The notes under the pieces: model-generated
Told to the model about the DNA's origin: nothing
The model's input: the letters and a program-made list of their open reading frames with translations, nothing else
Database searches by the model: none
Shown: piece by piece, positions 18,320-26,885 of the stretch
Numbering within the stretch: position 1 is the first letter of the stretch
Layout: each line of letters begins with the position of its first letter
Source of the DNA: a virus
Taxonomy: Duplodnaviria; Heunggongvirae; Uroviricota; Caudoviricetes
Strand: one strand, 5' to 3'
Virus record (IMG/VR): IMGVR_UViG_2864804954_000001
Span: 46,193 to 110,192 of that record
DNA: 64,000 bases
Made by a program: the position numbers and the translations under genes

Positions 18320-19815
18320 CTCTCGTTGTGCGTTTCGATAGAGTCATGATAGACCGCAGACGGTGGGTTTCAACGCTTGGCTCAGGCAGTTTTGCATTTG
18401 TCCTCTCTCTACCGTAATAACAGCCCAAGGACGCGCCTTTGTCGCCAGTCTTCACCAAGGGGACGCCGTGGACGATCGGTGGAAATAAAAAAGCCAGCTC
18501 CGAAATTAATCTGGAACTGGCTCTTGGTTGTGTGTAGGTGCTTTAGGAAATATTCAGCTTGGAAAAAGGATTTTGAAGTTTAAAATTTTTCCTTAATTTT
18601 AATCTTTAAATTTAATCCTCCTTTCCATCGTGAAAACCTTGGAGAAGGAAACTGCCCCCCCTTACCCCCCGTGGCTTTAAATGGCTCATTTTTGGGAGAG
18701 TAAGGAGGAAGGCAATTTCTCTTGTCCTTGGCTAACACGAAGAAAGGAGGATTACTCTTTCCACATTTGCTAAACCTCGACCCAAGCAAACCGCACCCCT
18801 ATCGAAAGCAATACGTCCTGACGATTACCCAGTCAGAAACTAATCTAGGGCGAATGATAAGTCAGTGGTGACTATTTGGCAATATAAGTTTTGGGATTGG
18901 CGGTGGATTTTTAACAAGGCAATTCATAGGCTCGCATTCGCTCGCTCTCCTACAGTCCTCTCTACAGTATTCTTACCTACATACATCTCTCCTATGTTCC
19001 TCTATGTATTCCTCTCTACCGTACTACCTACATACATACTCTCTACGTTATTACTCCATGTGTGAATCCTCTCTACCGTAGTTATTGTCTTCCTTCTCTC
19101 TACCGTGGTTGTTCTCTTTATTGTTGGTTTTCTGCTTTGTGTTTAATAAGGTCTTTTTGATAGGTGTATGGAAAATTTTGGAGCTGTTCTGATTTGGGTG
19201 AATTAAGATTCTTTTTTGTGTAGGCGTATGGGTAACTTGGGAGACTTGGGGATTTGTCTCTCTACCGTAATATATAAATATATTCTTCCTGTTATTTATA
19301 TTTATTGCGGTGTGAACTTGGGAGTTTATGGAAATATGGGAATATGGGAATATTCCTTACCATATTTCTAGCCTGCGAGCCTGACGTTTTTATTTGCCTG
19401 AGTGCCTGCGGTTTTATTGTGCCTAGTATTTATTAATTCTCTCTCATTTGCGTTCTAAGCGTGTTTAGTTTGTTTGTGCTGTCGTTTATCGTTTTCTTTC
19501 TTAAAGTGTCTCTATGAGCGAATTAGAGCGGTTTTATCGCATGTTTTATATCTTTGTTTGACGGTTAAGTCGAATACTCTCCTGCGTTAAGTTAGATGAA
19601 AGGATTTATTAAATGATTGATGCAAGTATTAAATGTTTTCTTTAGGATTATCAATGGCTTATTATGTGTTTTGCCTTGGGAATATTTATGTACAAAAAAT
19701 AAGCGATCTAGGTGGTCTAAATCGCTTATTACATCATTGTGATGGAGTCTCTATTATCTCAGTGTGATCTTGGAAATCAGTCTGTTTAAACTTGTGCTTT
19801 GTCTTGTTCATACAA
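18320..19815. repeat. 1.5 kb non-coding region with iteron-like repeats
   Basis: No credible ORF. Contains CTCTCTACCGT(A/G) at least five times, TACCTACATACAT twice, the 46-bp GCAGGCGCTTTAGGAAA-type repeat, GCCTG clusters, TTGGGAG/TATGGGAATATGGGAAT tandem units and an AT-rich core. Confidence 0.5.
18856..18875. promoter_or_regulatory. palindromic element PAL (inverted-flank variant)
   Basis: GATAAGTCAGTGGTGACTAT in the iteron region. Confidence 0.4.
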
Positions 19816-20178
19816 TTAGCTCCAACCGTATGCTGTTTGTCCATTGCTAAAGTGCGATGTCATCGCGTCCAAGTTGACATACATATCTTGCGAAACTTCG
19901 TAAAGGTCTCCTGACGGTTCAAAGTCATTAATGTCGCTTAGGATTACACCGATTGCGTCGATTAAGTTGCAGTCCAATGCACTTAGGTCATGCGATGAAT
20001 GGACGCAAAAGTTTGAATCATCACACACAGAAGGAGAGATCGGACGCGAGAATGGAGTAACTTCGTTGTTGTAGATATGTAGGACGATGTCACCGCTTAA
20101 ACCAACCTTTTCAGATTCGGTTGACTTTAGGAGTGCGAAGCCCGTCGAACCGATGCGCGATATTTGCAAAGTTTTCAT
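19816..20178 (-). CDS. hypothetical early protein (120 aa)
   Basis: Leader GCATAATACATTTATCGAAACAAACAACGG, no SD. Confidence 0.45.
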   Translation of the reverse strand: MKTLQISRIGSTGFALLKSTESEKVGLSGDIVLHIYNNEVTPFSRPISPSVCDDSNFCVHSSHDLSALDCNLIDAIGVILSDINDFEPSGDLYEVSQDMYVNLDAMTSHFSNGQTAYGWS

Positions 20179-20198
20179 AAGGTTTTATAACCGTTGTT

Positions 20199-20225
20199 TG
20201 TTTCGATAAATGTATTATGCGTTAC
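20199..20225 (-). promoter_or_regulatory. early promoter/leader, TCGAAAC family
   Basis: CATAATAC-ATTTATCGAAACAAACAAC on minus strand, 21 nt before the ATG. Confidence 0.45.
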
Positions 20226-20298
20226 GGTAGAAGGATATGAAGCGTCTGGAGTACGGTAGTTTGACTGAGCCCTAACTTCACCAAGGAGAGTGACTAAC

Positions 20299-20327
20299 AA
20301 AAAGAAACCGCCTATTACAGCGGTTCT
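20299..20327 (-). terminator. intrinsic terminator
   Basis: Minus: AACCGC-tgtaatag-GCGGTT then TTCTTTTT. Confidence 0.5.
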
Positions 20328-20335
20328 TGGTGATC

Positions 20336-20704
20336 TTAGGTGTTTTCACCGTTCAGGACGCGTGTCACATTGAGGTCGCAATCAATTTTGACGGCTTCAA
20401 GCAGGGAGATGTCGTAGGACAGGTGGCTATAACAATTTGGAGCAACAACGGCATCAGAAAGCATGATGCAATGCTCAAGTAGATCATTGGCGGTAAAACC
20501 GTGAATAGGGCGATCTAGGACAAGCACAAGGTCATAATCAGCATGGTGCGCTTGGGTGACAGGGTTCAGCGTTTCAGGTTTACCGAAACCGTAGGTGAAG
20601 TGCGTCAGGAAGTGCGCATTGATTACTTCTTCACCTTTGGTGATTTTGAATTTGAAGATGTCGCTGTCTATGTGGAAGTCATCGGCGCGTTCTATGATTA
20701 ACAT
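20336..20704 (-). CDS. hypothetical early protein (about 122 aa)
   Basis: True start MLIIERADD. Upstream part of the ORF-track entry translates the leader (SIETNNEQNE). Start coordinate uncertain by 1-2 nt. Confidence 0.45.
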   Translation of the reverse strand: MLIIERADDFHIDSDIFKFKITKGEEVINAHFLTHFTYGFGKPETLNPVTQAHHADYDLVLVLDRPIHGFTANDLLEHCIMLSDAVVAPNCYSHLSYDISLLEAVKIDCDLNVTRVLNGENT

Positions 20705-20721
20705 TTCGTTTTGCTCGTTGT

Positions 20722-20750
20722 TTGTTTCGATAGAGTTATGATAGACCGCT
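20722..20750 (-). promoter_or_regulatory. early promoter/leader, TCGAAAC family
   Basis: Minus: GCGGTCTATCATAACTCTATCGAAACAAACAACGAGC. Same architecture as the 18332 copy. Confidence 0.45.
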
Positions 20751-20786
20751 AATGATGGAACACTAGCGGTTTTGAAGGACAGATGA

Positions 20787-21155
20787 TTAAGCGTCCGCTT
20801 CCTCAATCAATTTCAATTCCATCTTCATAAAGCCATCATCTTCCACTGTGACAATGGTGACGTGATTTTTGGTGCACGTTTGCGAGTGAATGCCTAGAAG
20901 CATGTTATGCACCGACGATTTGAAGGCGTTATACAGGCGAATGCCCATTTCAGAATCTTGGTCGCAGGCGCGCATTACGGTTTCAAAGTCCGCAAACTCG
21001 CTGTGAATGTCGAAGTTGCGTCCTTCTTCGTCCAATAGAGCGATACAGGAGAAGTGAAACTCCACCGATTCGTCACCAAGAATACGAGCGTCGAACTCTA
21101 CTCCTTCAGTTGCGCCAGTGTGACCGTAGTGCGCGCCAACATTCATAACTTTCAT
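20787..21155 (-). CDS. hypothetical early protein (122 aa)
   Basis: True start MKVMNVG. ISKQTT in the ORF track is the translated leader. Confidence 0.45.
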   Translation of the reverse strand: MKVMNVGAHYGHTGATEGVEFDARILGDESVEFHFSCIALLDEEGRNFDIHSEFADFETVMRACDQDSEMGIRLYNAFKSSVHNMLLGIHSQTCTKNHVTIVTVEDDGFMKMELKLIEEADA

Positions 21156-21174
21156 TTTTAAAAATCTCGTTGTT

Positions 21175-21200
21175 TGTTTCGATATGTGTATCTTGACCGC
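21175..21200 (-). promoter_or_regulatory. early leader, TCGAAAC family
   Basis: Minus: GATACACATATCGAAACAAACAACGAG, 20 nt before the ATG. Confidence 0.4.
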
Positions 21201-21235
21201 TTCACTATGGAAATGAAGCGGTTTTGATGGGCAGA

Positions 21236-21766
21236 TCAATAGGCGGCATATACTTTGTCATTGATCACGTAATAGCTTTCTTGGAGCGTGTCGCGACCGT
21301 AGGCTTCGTAATCGAAGTAATGCTGGATTTCGTCTGGAATTTCCAAGTTGCCTAACTCTTGGATGAGGTAGTATCCAAAGTCCTCATTGCCTTTAAAGTC
21401 CGTGCGAAAGTGATCGTCGTGCCATTTGCGCACATCGTCCCAATCTGAATAGCGACCTTTGACGATGGCTGCATACTGCTCGACAAGCTCCATTTCGCTG
21501 CTGTCGCAGTCTTCGATCATGGCGATGATTTTACTTAGACTGTCAAAAGCCCTGACTTCAATCTCAACGTCGGAAATGGAATCAACAAGGGCCCAAAATT
21601 CAAACTCCACATTGCGTGTTATTTCCTTGAGATCGTCCATGTCATCAAAGTTGATATTGAGACCGAATTGGTGCGTGAAGGAAAACGCCTCTATTTGATA
21701 GCGTTTGCTGCTGTCTGAGCAAAGGTTGGCGAACTGCTCTCTTGATATTTCAGTTGCAAAAGTCAT
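21236..21766 (-). CDS. hypothetical early protein (176 aa)
   Basis: True start MTFATEI. FIETNN is the translated leader. Confidence 0.45.
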   Translation of the reverse strand: MTFATEISREQFANLCSDSSKRYQIEAFSFTHQFGLNINFDDMDDLKEITRNVEFEFWALVDSISDVEIEVRAFDSLSKIIAMIEDCDSSEMELVEQYAAIVKGRYSDWDDVRKWHDDHFRTDFKGNEDFGYYLIQELGNLEIPDEIQHYFDYEAYGRDTLQESYYVINDKVYAAY

Positions 21767-21786
21767 TTTGTCTTTACCGTTGTTCG

Positions 21787-21834
21787 TTTCGATAAAGCAA
21801 TAATAAACCGCTAGTAGAGGACTACTAGCGGTTC
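21787..21834 (-). promoter_or_regulatory. terminator hairpin fused to next early promoter
   Basis: Minus: ACCGCTAGTAG-tcct-CTACTAGCGGT then TTTATTATT, whose TATTAT serves as the -10 for TGCTTTATCGAAACGAACAACGG. Confidence 0.55.
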
Positions 21835-21848
21835 TGTAGGGCGGTTCA

Positions 21849-22085
21849 TCACTTACCCTTCGTTGCGACCAACATAGCAATGGAAGTTACTGGATAACCG
21901 CCTATCGGTACGCCATACAAGCCTGCTTTCTTGCTGCGATTGTTCAACTCAGCGCGTAGGAGCGTGTTGTCACGACATAGGTTGTGCGCGGTGTTTTGTG
22001 CATCCAAGATCGCACGCTCATTGGAGCGAATCAGACGGAGTATCTCCTGCTCTGACAAAGTTTTAGCCTGAATAGCTACGTTCAT
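21849..22085 (-). CDS. hypothetical protein (78 aa)
   Basis: Start chosen at MNVAIQ to give an ATGA overlap with the upstream ORF. Confidence 0.35.
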   Translation of the reverse strand: MNVAIQAKTLSEQEILRLIRSNERAILDAQNTAHNLCRDNTLLRAELNNRSKKAGLYGVPIGGYPVTSIAMLVATKGK

Positions 22086-22297
22086 TTCAAAGATTCCTGT
22101 AATAGCGTTGGGACACAGTTGTCCAATTCTTCCCAAGTTTTCGCAAAACGGACTTTTAATTTGTCCTTATAGTCCCATAAGCGAAGTCGGTACTGTTCTA
22201 TTCCGCCAAAGATGACTTTGTGTATTTCGTACTCAAAGTGTCCATGTGGTCCATTGCCCATTGAGAGCATTATTGTTTCAAGCTGCTTTTCAGCCAT
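22082..22297 (-). CDS. hypothetical protein (71 aa)
   Basis: Small ORF in the operon. Confidence 0.35.
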   Translation of the reverse strand: MAEKQLETIMLSMGNGPHGHFEYEIHKVIFGGIEQYRLRLWDYKDKLKVRFAKTWEELDNCVPTLLQESLK

Positions 22298-22345
22298 ATA
22301 AACTCCAAAGTGTCGGTTTTGGCCTGACCGACAACAGGTGTGGAG

Positions 22346-22720
22346 CTACTCAATGGTTAAGCACTCAAGAGCCTTCTTTAGCTCGTCGTTGCCATACTCC
22401 GATTGTTGGTTGATTGTCGATTCGACGTCGCCCAGCTGCTCCACCAGTTGAAGCAATTCGTCTTTGTTTCTGCCACGCAAGCGATTGGCGATCGTGCGGA
22501 TCTCAGCGCGTATCGACGTCAGGAAATCTTCTTCAGGAAAACAGCCTTTCGCCTCTTTTACATAAACTTTGGCACTTTCGATCTGCAAGTCATTCTCGTC
22601 CTCATGCCGAATGATTAGAGCCTCAATCGTTTTTTCGCATAACGTACCATTTAGGCGAAATTCCTCTCGCGGTGTCATGGACGAAAAGTAGATATGACCG
22701 CCGTTCATTATTAGCTCCAC
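22346..22720 (-). CDS. hypothetical protein (124 aa)
   Basis: ORF overlapping the upstream gene by 10 nt. Confidence 0.45.
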   Translation of the reverse strand: MELIMNGGHIYFSSMTPREEFRLNGTLCEKTIEALIIRHEDENDLQIESAKVYVKEAKGCFPEEDFLTSIRAEIRTIANRLRGRNKDELLQLVEQLGDVESTINQQSEYGNDELKKALECLTIE

Positions 22721-22968
22721 TTACTTGCAATGAATGGAGCAGCAGCGGCAGCAATGGCATCGCCAATCGGTAAATCAGCCATTTGTTTTAACTCGCTGAG
22801 GAAGTTTGCCATGTCTTCGCCTTGCATCAAGATGTCTTTAAACACTTGGTCACGATCAACGATGCAGACGTTGTTTTTCGCCTTAGAGAAACGCACGCCA
22901 ACATTAGGGCGAGCGGCTGTCTCAATAAGAGAAGGGGCTATTTGGTGCAAATCGTGTGAAATTTTCAT
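22711..22968 (-). CDS. hypothetical protein (85 aa)
   Basis: First gene after a sigma70-like promoter. Confidence 0.4.
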   Translation of the reverse strand: MKISHDLHQIAPSLIETAARPNVGVRFSKAKNNVCIVDRDQVFKDILMQGEDMANFLSELKQMADLPIGDAIAAAAAPFIASKWS

Positions 22969-22993
22969 GTCTAAAACCTTTTTAGCTGTACGT

Positions 22994-23041
22994 CGTTTCG
23001 TTCGACAAGCTAATAATATTCAGACGTGATAGGGTTGACAA
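22994..23041 (-). promoter_or_regulatory. sigma70-like promoter with TCGAACGAAAC leader
   Basis: Minus: TTGTCA-17 nt-TATTAT-TAGCTTGTCGAACGAAACGACG. The palindromic element at 23041-23060 abuts the -35. Confidence 0.55.
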
Positions 23042-23060
23042 TAGTCACCGCTGACTTATC
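23041..23060. promoter_or_regulatory. palindromic element PAL abutting -35
   Basis: ATAGTCACCGCTGACTTATC immediately upstream of TTGTCA -35. Confidence 0.45.
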
Positions 23061-23261
23061 CTAGTATATCGCACACATTGCCTGTTCCATAGTCCTAACT
23101 CGTCATTTCGCGTATATGCGCGTTTAACCGTTCGACATATAAACACTCAAGAAAGCTTTTAAAATCGCTATACGCGCAAATTAGCGGCAGGAAATCAGCA
23201 CTAATTCATCAACTTAACTGTGAATTTTCATACTGCTGTGCGCCTTGGAAATTATCGTACG

Positions 23262-23288
23262 AAAAAAAGAGGGGCTTTCACCCCTCCT
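23262..23288 (-). terminator. intrinsic terminator
   Basis: Minus: GAGGGG-tgaaag-CCCCTC then TTTTTTT. Confidence 0.5.
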
Positions 23289-23289
23289 G

Positions 23290-23625
23290 TCACCATGCTA
23301 TCTGACCGTAGTCTTGCGATGGCTTAGGTGATGCTGTGTAACGCTTTTCTGGCGATTTTGAAACACCGTCCATGTTCAAGCATTCAGGTGACACTCTCCA
23401 CTTAGAGCGAATGTTGGCAACTTCCACACAGCTGACGGTCTTTCCATTGATTCGCTGTACAACAACCTCCACGCGTCTGCCATCGTTAGACGCGATAAAC
23501 CATCCTGTGCGCCCTGGAAGAATCGAATAGTCGTAGCGGTTGGCGAGTTCTTTTTCTGTTTCTTCCTTCAGTTTGAATAGTTGCTCGTCAGTCAGGCGTT
23601 TTAATATTTCAGTGTTCATTTCCAA
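23290..23625 (-). CDS. hypothetical protein (111 aa) with C-terminal ...DYGQIAW tail
   Basis: RBS AAGGA. Shares the C-terminal YGxxAW motif with seven other proteins. Confidence 0.45.
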   Translation of the reverse strand: MEMNTEILKRLTDEQLFKLKEETEKELANRYDYSILPGRTGWFIASNDGRRVEVVVQRINGKTVSCVEVANIRSKWRVSPECLNMDGVSKSPEKRYTASPKPSQDYGQIAW

Positions 23626-23640
23626 GTCCTTAATTTCGGT

Positions 23641-23669
23641 AAAAAAAACTAGGGCGATTTCTCGCCCTG
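23641..23669 (-). terminator. intrinsic terminator
   Basis: Minus: AGGGCGA-gaaa-TCGCCCT then TTTTTTTT. Confidence 0.55.
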
Positions 23670-23681
23670 TCGTTCGATTAT

Positions 23682-24671
23682 TTATGCTGCGTCTTTCTTA
23701 GAAAGCTCAGGGAAATACTGGTCGCGTAGTCGCGCCAAGATGGTCGATTCTTCATTTGGCACTAAGCGACCGCCTTCTTCTTTTGCAATCTTGAGCAAAG
23801 GAAGCATTTGCATCATTTGACCTGCTTGGGCGCGAGCTGTACCGATCGAGTAAGGCTTCGCAAGGAGGTCTTTCACTAGGTTGCTGTCGCGGCCACCTGA
23901 GATATAACCGTCAGTAAGGAGCAGTTTGAATGTGCGGTACATGACTTCATTCCAACGACCGTTCTGTTTGAACATCGTAAACAGGATCACTACCTTTTCA
24001 GCCACCTTCTTCTGCACCGTTTCACCGTTTGTTGTCAACGTAGGCTGTGCGTTGAGTAAGCGCAGGAACTTTTGCTGCTTCTCTTTCAGTTCTTCTTCTG
24101 GAAGATCGACGTCACCGAACTCAAGGACGATCTCGCTTGTGTCACCGCCAAGTCGGTCAAGCAGCACAGCAGAACGCTTGGAGTTTTGATACGTCGTGCG
24201 GTACGTTGTTGGTGCTTTCTCTTTCTTCTGTTTTTCAGGCTTTTCTTCTGCTTTCGGTTCTTCAACCGTTGGTGCAACTTCTTCGGTCGCAAGTGTCAAA
24301 GCGGACGCATCAAGCTCTGCTTCATCAAACATTGCGTTTAGGATTTCGTCGTCGCTTGGCTCAGTTTCGGCTGTAGCTGGCTTTTCTTCTGCGTCAAGCA
24401 GCAAGTCAAGGTCAAGTTCAGGCTCAGGTTCAGGCGTCGCTTCTTTCTTCTCAGCTTTAACAGGCTTTTCTTTTGTCTTCTTAGGTTTAGCTTCAACGAC
24501 AGGCGCTGCTTCTGCTTGTTCTACTTCATCGAGCAGCAAGCTAAGGTCGATTTCATCGGAAGCAACCGCAACAGCTTCAACGGCAGGCTCAAGAACAACG
24601 CCGTCTATTTCAGCAAAAAGATCGTCTAGGTTGATTTCGTCATTTTGAGCGATAGTGTTTTGAGTATTCAT
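23682..24671 (-). CDS. acidic low-complexity protein (329 aa)
   Basis: True start MNTQNT after the TCGAAACGAGATACAC leader. Glu/Pro/Lys-rich repeats. Confidence 0.45.
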   Translation of the reverse strand: MNTQNTIAQNDEINLDDLFAEIDGVVLEPAVEAVAVASDEIDLSLLLDEVEQAEAAPVVEAKPKKTKEKPVKAEKKEATPEPEPELDLDLLLDAEEKPATAETEPSDDEILNAMFDEAELDASALTLATEEVAPTVEEPKAEEKPEKQKKEKAPTTYRTTYQNSKRSAVLLDRLGGDTSEIVLEFGDVDLPEEELKEKQQKFLRLLNAQPTLTTNGETVQKKVAEKVVILFTMFKQNGRWNEVMYRTFKLLLTDGYISGGRDSNLVKDLLAKPYSIGTARAQAGQMMQMLPLLKIAKEEGGRLVPNEESTILARLRDQYFPELSKKDAA

Positions 24672-24712
24672 ATTTTGCACCTTATGCGTTGTGAGATGAT
24701 TTTGTGTATCTC

Positions 24713-24770
24713 GTTTCGATAAGTGCATTATGAGCGACGATGTATGGATTAGAAGTGCTTTTGATGGATA
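24713..24770 (-). promoter_or_regulatory. early promoter/leader, TCGAAAC family with GATGTATGGA box
   Basis: Minus: CATACATCGTCGCTCATAATGCACTTATCGAAACGAGATACAC. Confidence 0.45.
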
Positions 24771-24815
24771 GATGAAGTTATTATTTCTTTTATTTTCAAC
24801 AAATTAAGCCAACAC

Positions 24816-25010
24816 TCACTTATGAGTGTTGGACGCATGAAATATCTTTATAGCAATAAGAAAACACGCAATGGAGGTCAACAGGGGACACAAGGCAAAA
24901 AGTGGATTCAGATCATCTGACTGGAGCATGTGAGTGAATACGCCCTGAAAGACGCATCCAATCACAACAAAAGCAATGCTCCATTTTACATTGAGATAGG
25001 GCTTTACCAT
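24816..25010 (-). CDS. small membrane protein (64 aa, 2 TM)
   Basis: Two hydrophobic helices (AFVVIGCVFQGVF, LCPLLTSIACFLIAI). Confidence 0.35.
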   Translation of the reverse strand: MVKPYLNVKWSIAFVVIGCVFQGVFTHMLQSDDLNPLFALCPLLTSIACFLIAIKIFHASNTHK

Positions 25011-25435
25011 GCGGTGAAACCGTAATCCTGAGAAGGTGCGCTTGGTGGCGGTGGTGGGGGAGGTGGCGCTAACTGATTGCCAGTCTCAACCATTTCGCCA
25101 GTATCAAGATCAATATAGGATTCGGTCCAACTCAGCAAAAAATCCTCATAGAACGCATTGGCTTTCTTAATGTTAGAAAAGACTTTACCGAACTCCATTG
25201 ATTCACACCATTCTTGCTTGTTAGGCATGAAGTCGTACTGCTTGGCAACGAACAGCGGATAAGCACTTGGGAAACTAGCGTCAGCATTCTCAATTTTACC
25301 GACCCATTCAATCACCAGTTTGACCTTGTCATTCTGGAACTGATTTACAATGCGATATTCGTCATTGGCGATATGGTCGTTGTAAACGCCCTCTGATATT
25401 TCATCGCCATCTTTGTCAAAGTATTTGGTTACCAT
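25004..25435 (-). CDS. hypothetical protein (143 aa) with poly-Pro and C-terminal ...DYGFTAW
   Basis: PPPPPPPPSAPSQDYGFTAW tail. Same C-terminal motif family. Confidence 0.45.
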   Translation of the reverse strand: MVTKYFDKDGDEISEGVYNDHIANDEYRIVNQFQNDKVKLVIEWVGKIENADASFPSAYPLFVAKQYDFMPNKQEWCESMEFGKVFSNIKKANAFYEDFLLSWTESYIDLDTGEMVETGNQLAPPPPPPPPSAPSQDYGFTAW

Positions 25436-25806
25436 TTGGGGAATCCTCTTTCATCGTTCTCGACAAGCAAAGGCTTGTCTCTGTAACGATGTCCTTTTAG
25501 TGATGCTCTGTGTGTTGGCACTTCGTCGAACTCTTTCGCCATTTCAAAGAACACAATGGCTTCACGGCGATCTTGGAAGCACCAACGGTATGCGTATGGC
25601 GTGATCGGTGTCACATCCATACAGACCGACGTCGTGAACATCAATTCGAGTATTCCGATCACTTCGCCAGTCTCTAGCTTACGCCATGCAATAAATCTGT
25701 TTTCAACAAGGAAATCGTCGATCTCCTTGTTTGTCCAATCTTCAAAACTTAGTCTGTTTTTCATTTGCGCCATATCTCTTGCGGTTACATTGCAATAATA
25801 TCGCAT
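25429..25806 (-). CDS. hypothetical protein (125 aa)
   Basis: ORF overlapping the downstream gene by 7 nt. Confidence 0.45.
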   Translation of the reverse strand: MRYYCNVTARDMAQMKNRLSFEDWTNKEIDDFLVENRFIAWRKLETGEVIGILELMFTTSVCMDVTPITPYAYRWCFQDRREAIVFFEMAKEFDEVPTHRASLKGHRYRDKPLLVENDERGFPKW

Positions 25807-25850
25807 AGAGAGTGGGTGAGAAGTAACTTGCTAGGCTACTTCTCAGGCGG

Positions 25851-26099
25851 TTACTTGTCGCGACCGTTCCATTTAGCCGAAGTCATTTTGCCCAAGTAGA
25901 CAATGTTCTCGATTACAAATGACGGTTGGATGTGTCCGAGCTTTTCTGCCTGCATTAAGCAAAACTTCTCCAAATCCTCAATGTCTTTGTATGTAAATTG
26001 ACGAGACTTGGGCCTGCTAAATGATCGGTAGCTTTTCGTTTCGCCTCGACTTACGCTATTCACCTTGTAAACAACGATAAACCAATGCTGACGACGCAT
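25851..26099 (-). CDS. hypothetical protein (about 82 aa)
   Basis: Start moved to MRRQHW. The ORF-track N-terminus is the alternate frame of the Ser-rich tail of the upstream gene. Confidence 0.3.
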   Translation of the reverse strand: MRRQHWFIVVYKVNSVSRGETKSYRSFSRPKSRQFTYKDIEDLEKFCLMQAEKLGHIQPSFVIENIVYLGKMTSAKWNGRDK

Positions 26100-26127
26100 G
26101 TGCAACTTCCACCATGCCTTCAACTTA

Positions 26128-26646
26128 TCAATCACTCCAACTGCTCCCTGAATCAGAACTGCCCCAACCGCTATCAGAAGAACTCCAACCACTGTCAGAA
26201 CTCAATGATGACGAGCCTAGACTTGAACTGCCTAGCGAACTAAAGCTGTCATCGGAAGTCTGTGCCGGAACCGACGAGGAACGGTAGAAGTCCTCTTTCG
26301 GTTCGCTTGTCACATCTACTGGAGCAGGCTCGAGTTTTGGCGTTTCTGCTTGTTTAGGCTCGTCGCGATCTCCGAAGTTTTCAGCTGCTTCCAATAGATC
26401 ATTCAAAGCCATCGCTGCAAGCACGCCATCAGAAAAGCCTAACCCGCTCGATTGAGTAGGCGCTTCGCCTTGAACTTTGTAGGATTCAAGTGGCATTGTG
26501 TGCTGACGGAAGTTTGGCATTCTGCCAAACCCCTGGCCATATTGCGCACCAACCATGCGACTTACTTGGTGATGCTTACTCACGCAAGCGTCACGATCTT
26601 TCTTTGTCCAGTGTCGCTTAAAGCAATATTCGCATTTAAACAGCAT
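26128..26646 (-). CDS. zinc-finger protein with Ser/Gly/Trp-rich repeat tail (172 aa)
   Basis: CEYCFKRHWTKKDRDACVSKHH zinc-binding-like N-terminus. C-terminal SSLGSSSLGSSSLSSDSGWSSSDSGWGSSDSGSSWSD. TAATG overlap with the upstream gene. Confidence 0.45.
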   Translation of the reverse strand: MLFKCEYCFKRHWTKKDRDACVSKHHQVSRMVGAQYGQGFGRMPNFRQHTMPLESYKVQGEAPTQSSGLGFSDGVLAAMALNDLLEAAENFGDRDEPKQAETPKLEPAPVDVTSEPKEDFYRSSSVPAQTSDDSFSSLGSSSLGSSSLSSDSGWSSSDSGWGSSDSGSSWSD

Positions 26647-26885
26647 TATTCGCGCTCCAAAAGATGAACCTGACAAAGCATGAACTGATTGATGCTTGGC
26701 TTGTCTACGCGAATATCCCAAACTTCACTGTTGATGCCTGTACCGTGACCACCGACGCATTTAGCGTCAGTGATTGTTAAAGTTTTGGCGTCTTCAAATT
26801 CCTGCTCAGAAGTGAGGTGCATTGATTCATAACCTTTAGGCGAAAGTTTGACTTTCATACCTGCATACGGTTGGCGAGTTAGCAT
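26646..26885 (-). CDS. hypothetical protein (79 aa)
   Basis: ORF in an overlapping operon. Confidence 0.4.
   Translation of the reverse strand: MLTRQPYAGMKVKLSPKGYESMHLTSEQEFEDAKTLTITDAKCVGGHGTGINSEVWDIRVDKPSINQFMLCQVHLLERE

Noticed and set aside
18580-18789. 69-aa ORF in the iteron region
   Set aside because: Low-complexity translation (Gly/Pro/Lys) of a repeat-rich non-coding segment. No RBS or promoter.
18900-19300. Possible CRISPR array (short repeats CTCTCTACCGT)
   Set aside because: Repeats are only 11-13 nt, irregularly spaced (27-160 bp) and interspersed with other repeat families. No cas genes. More consistent with iterons.
14050-19815. tRNA genes in the non-coding stretches
   Set aside because: No cloverleaf-compatible segment with GTTCRANTC T-loop and matching acceptor stem was found by eye. 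A tRNAscan-SE run would be needed to exclude them formally.
24072-24648. Plus-strand ORFs (e.g. 24196-24648, 150 aa Ser/Ala-rich) antisense to the acidic protein gene, and many other plus-strand ORFs throughout
   Set aside because: They are opposite-strand shadows of Glu/Lys-rich or GC-skewed minus-strand genes. No promoters or RBS. Entirely contained within better-supported genes.
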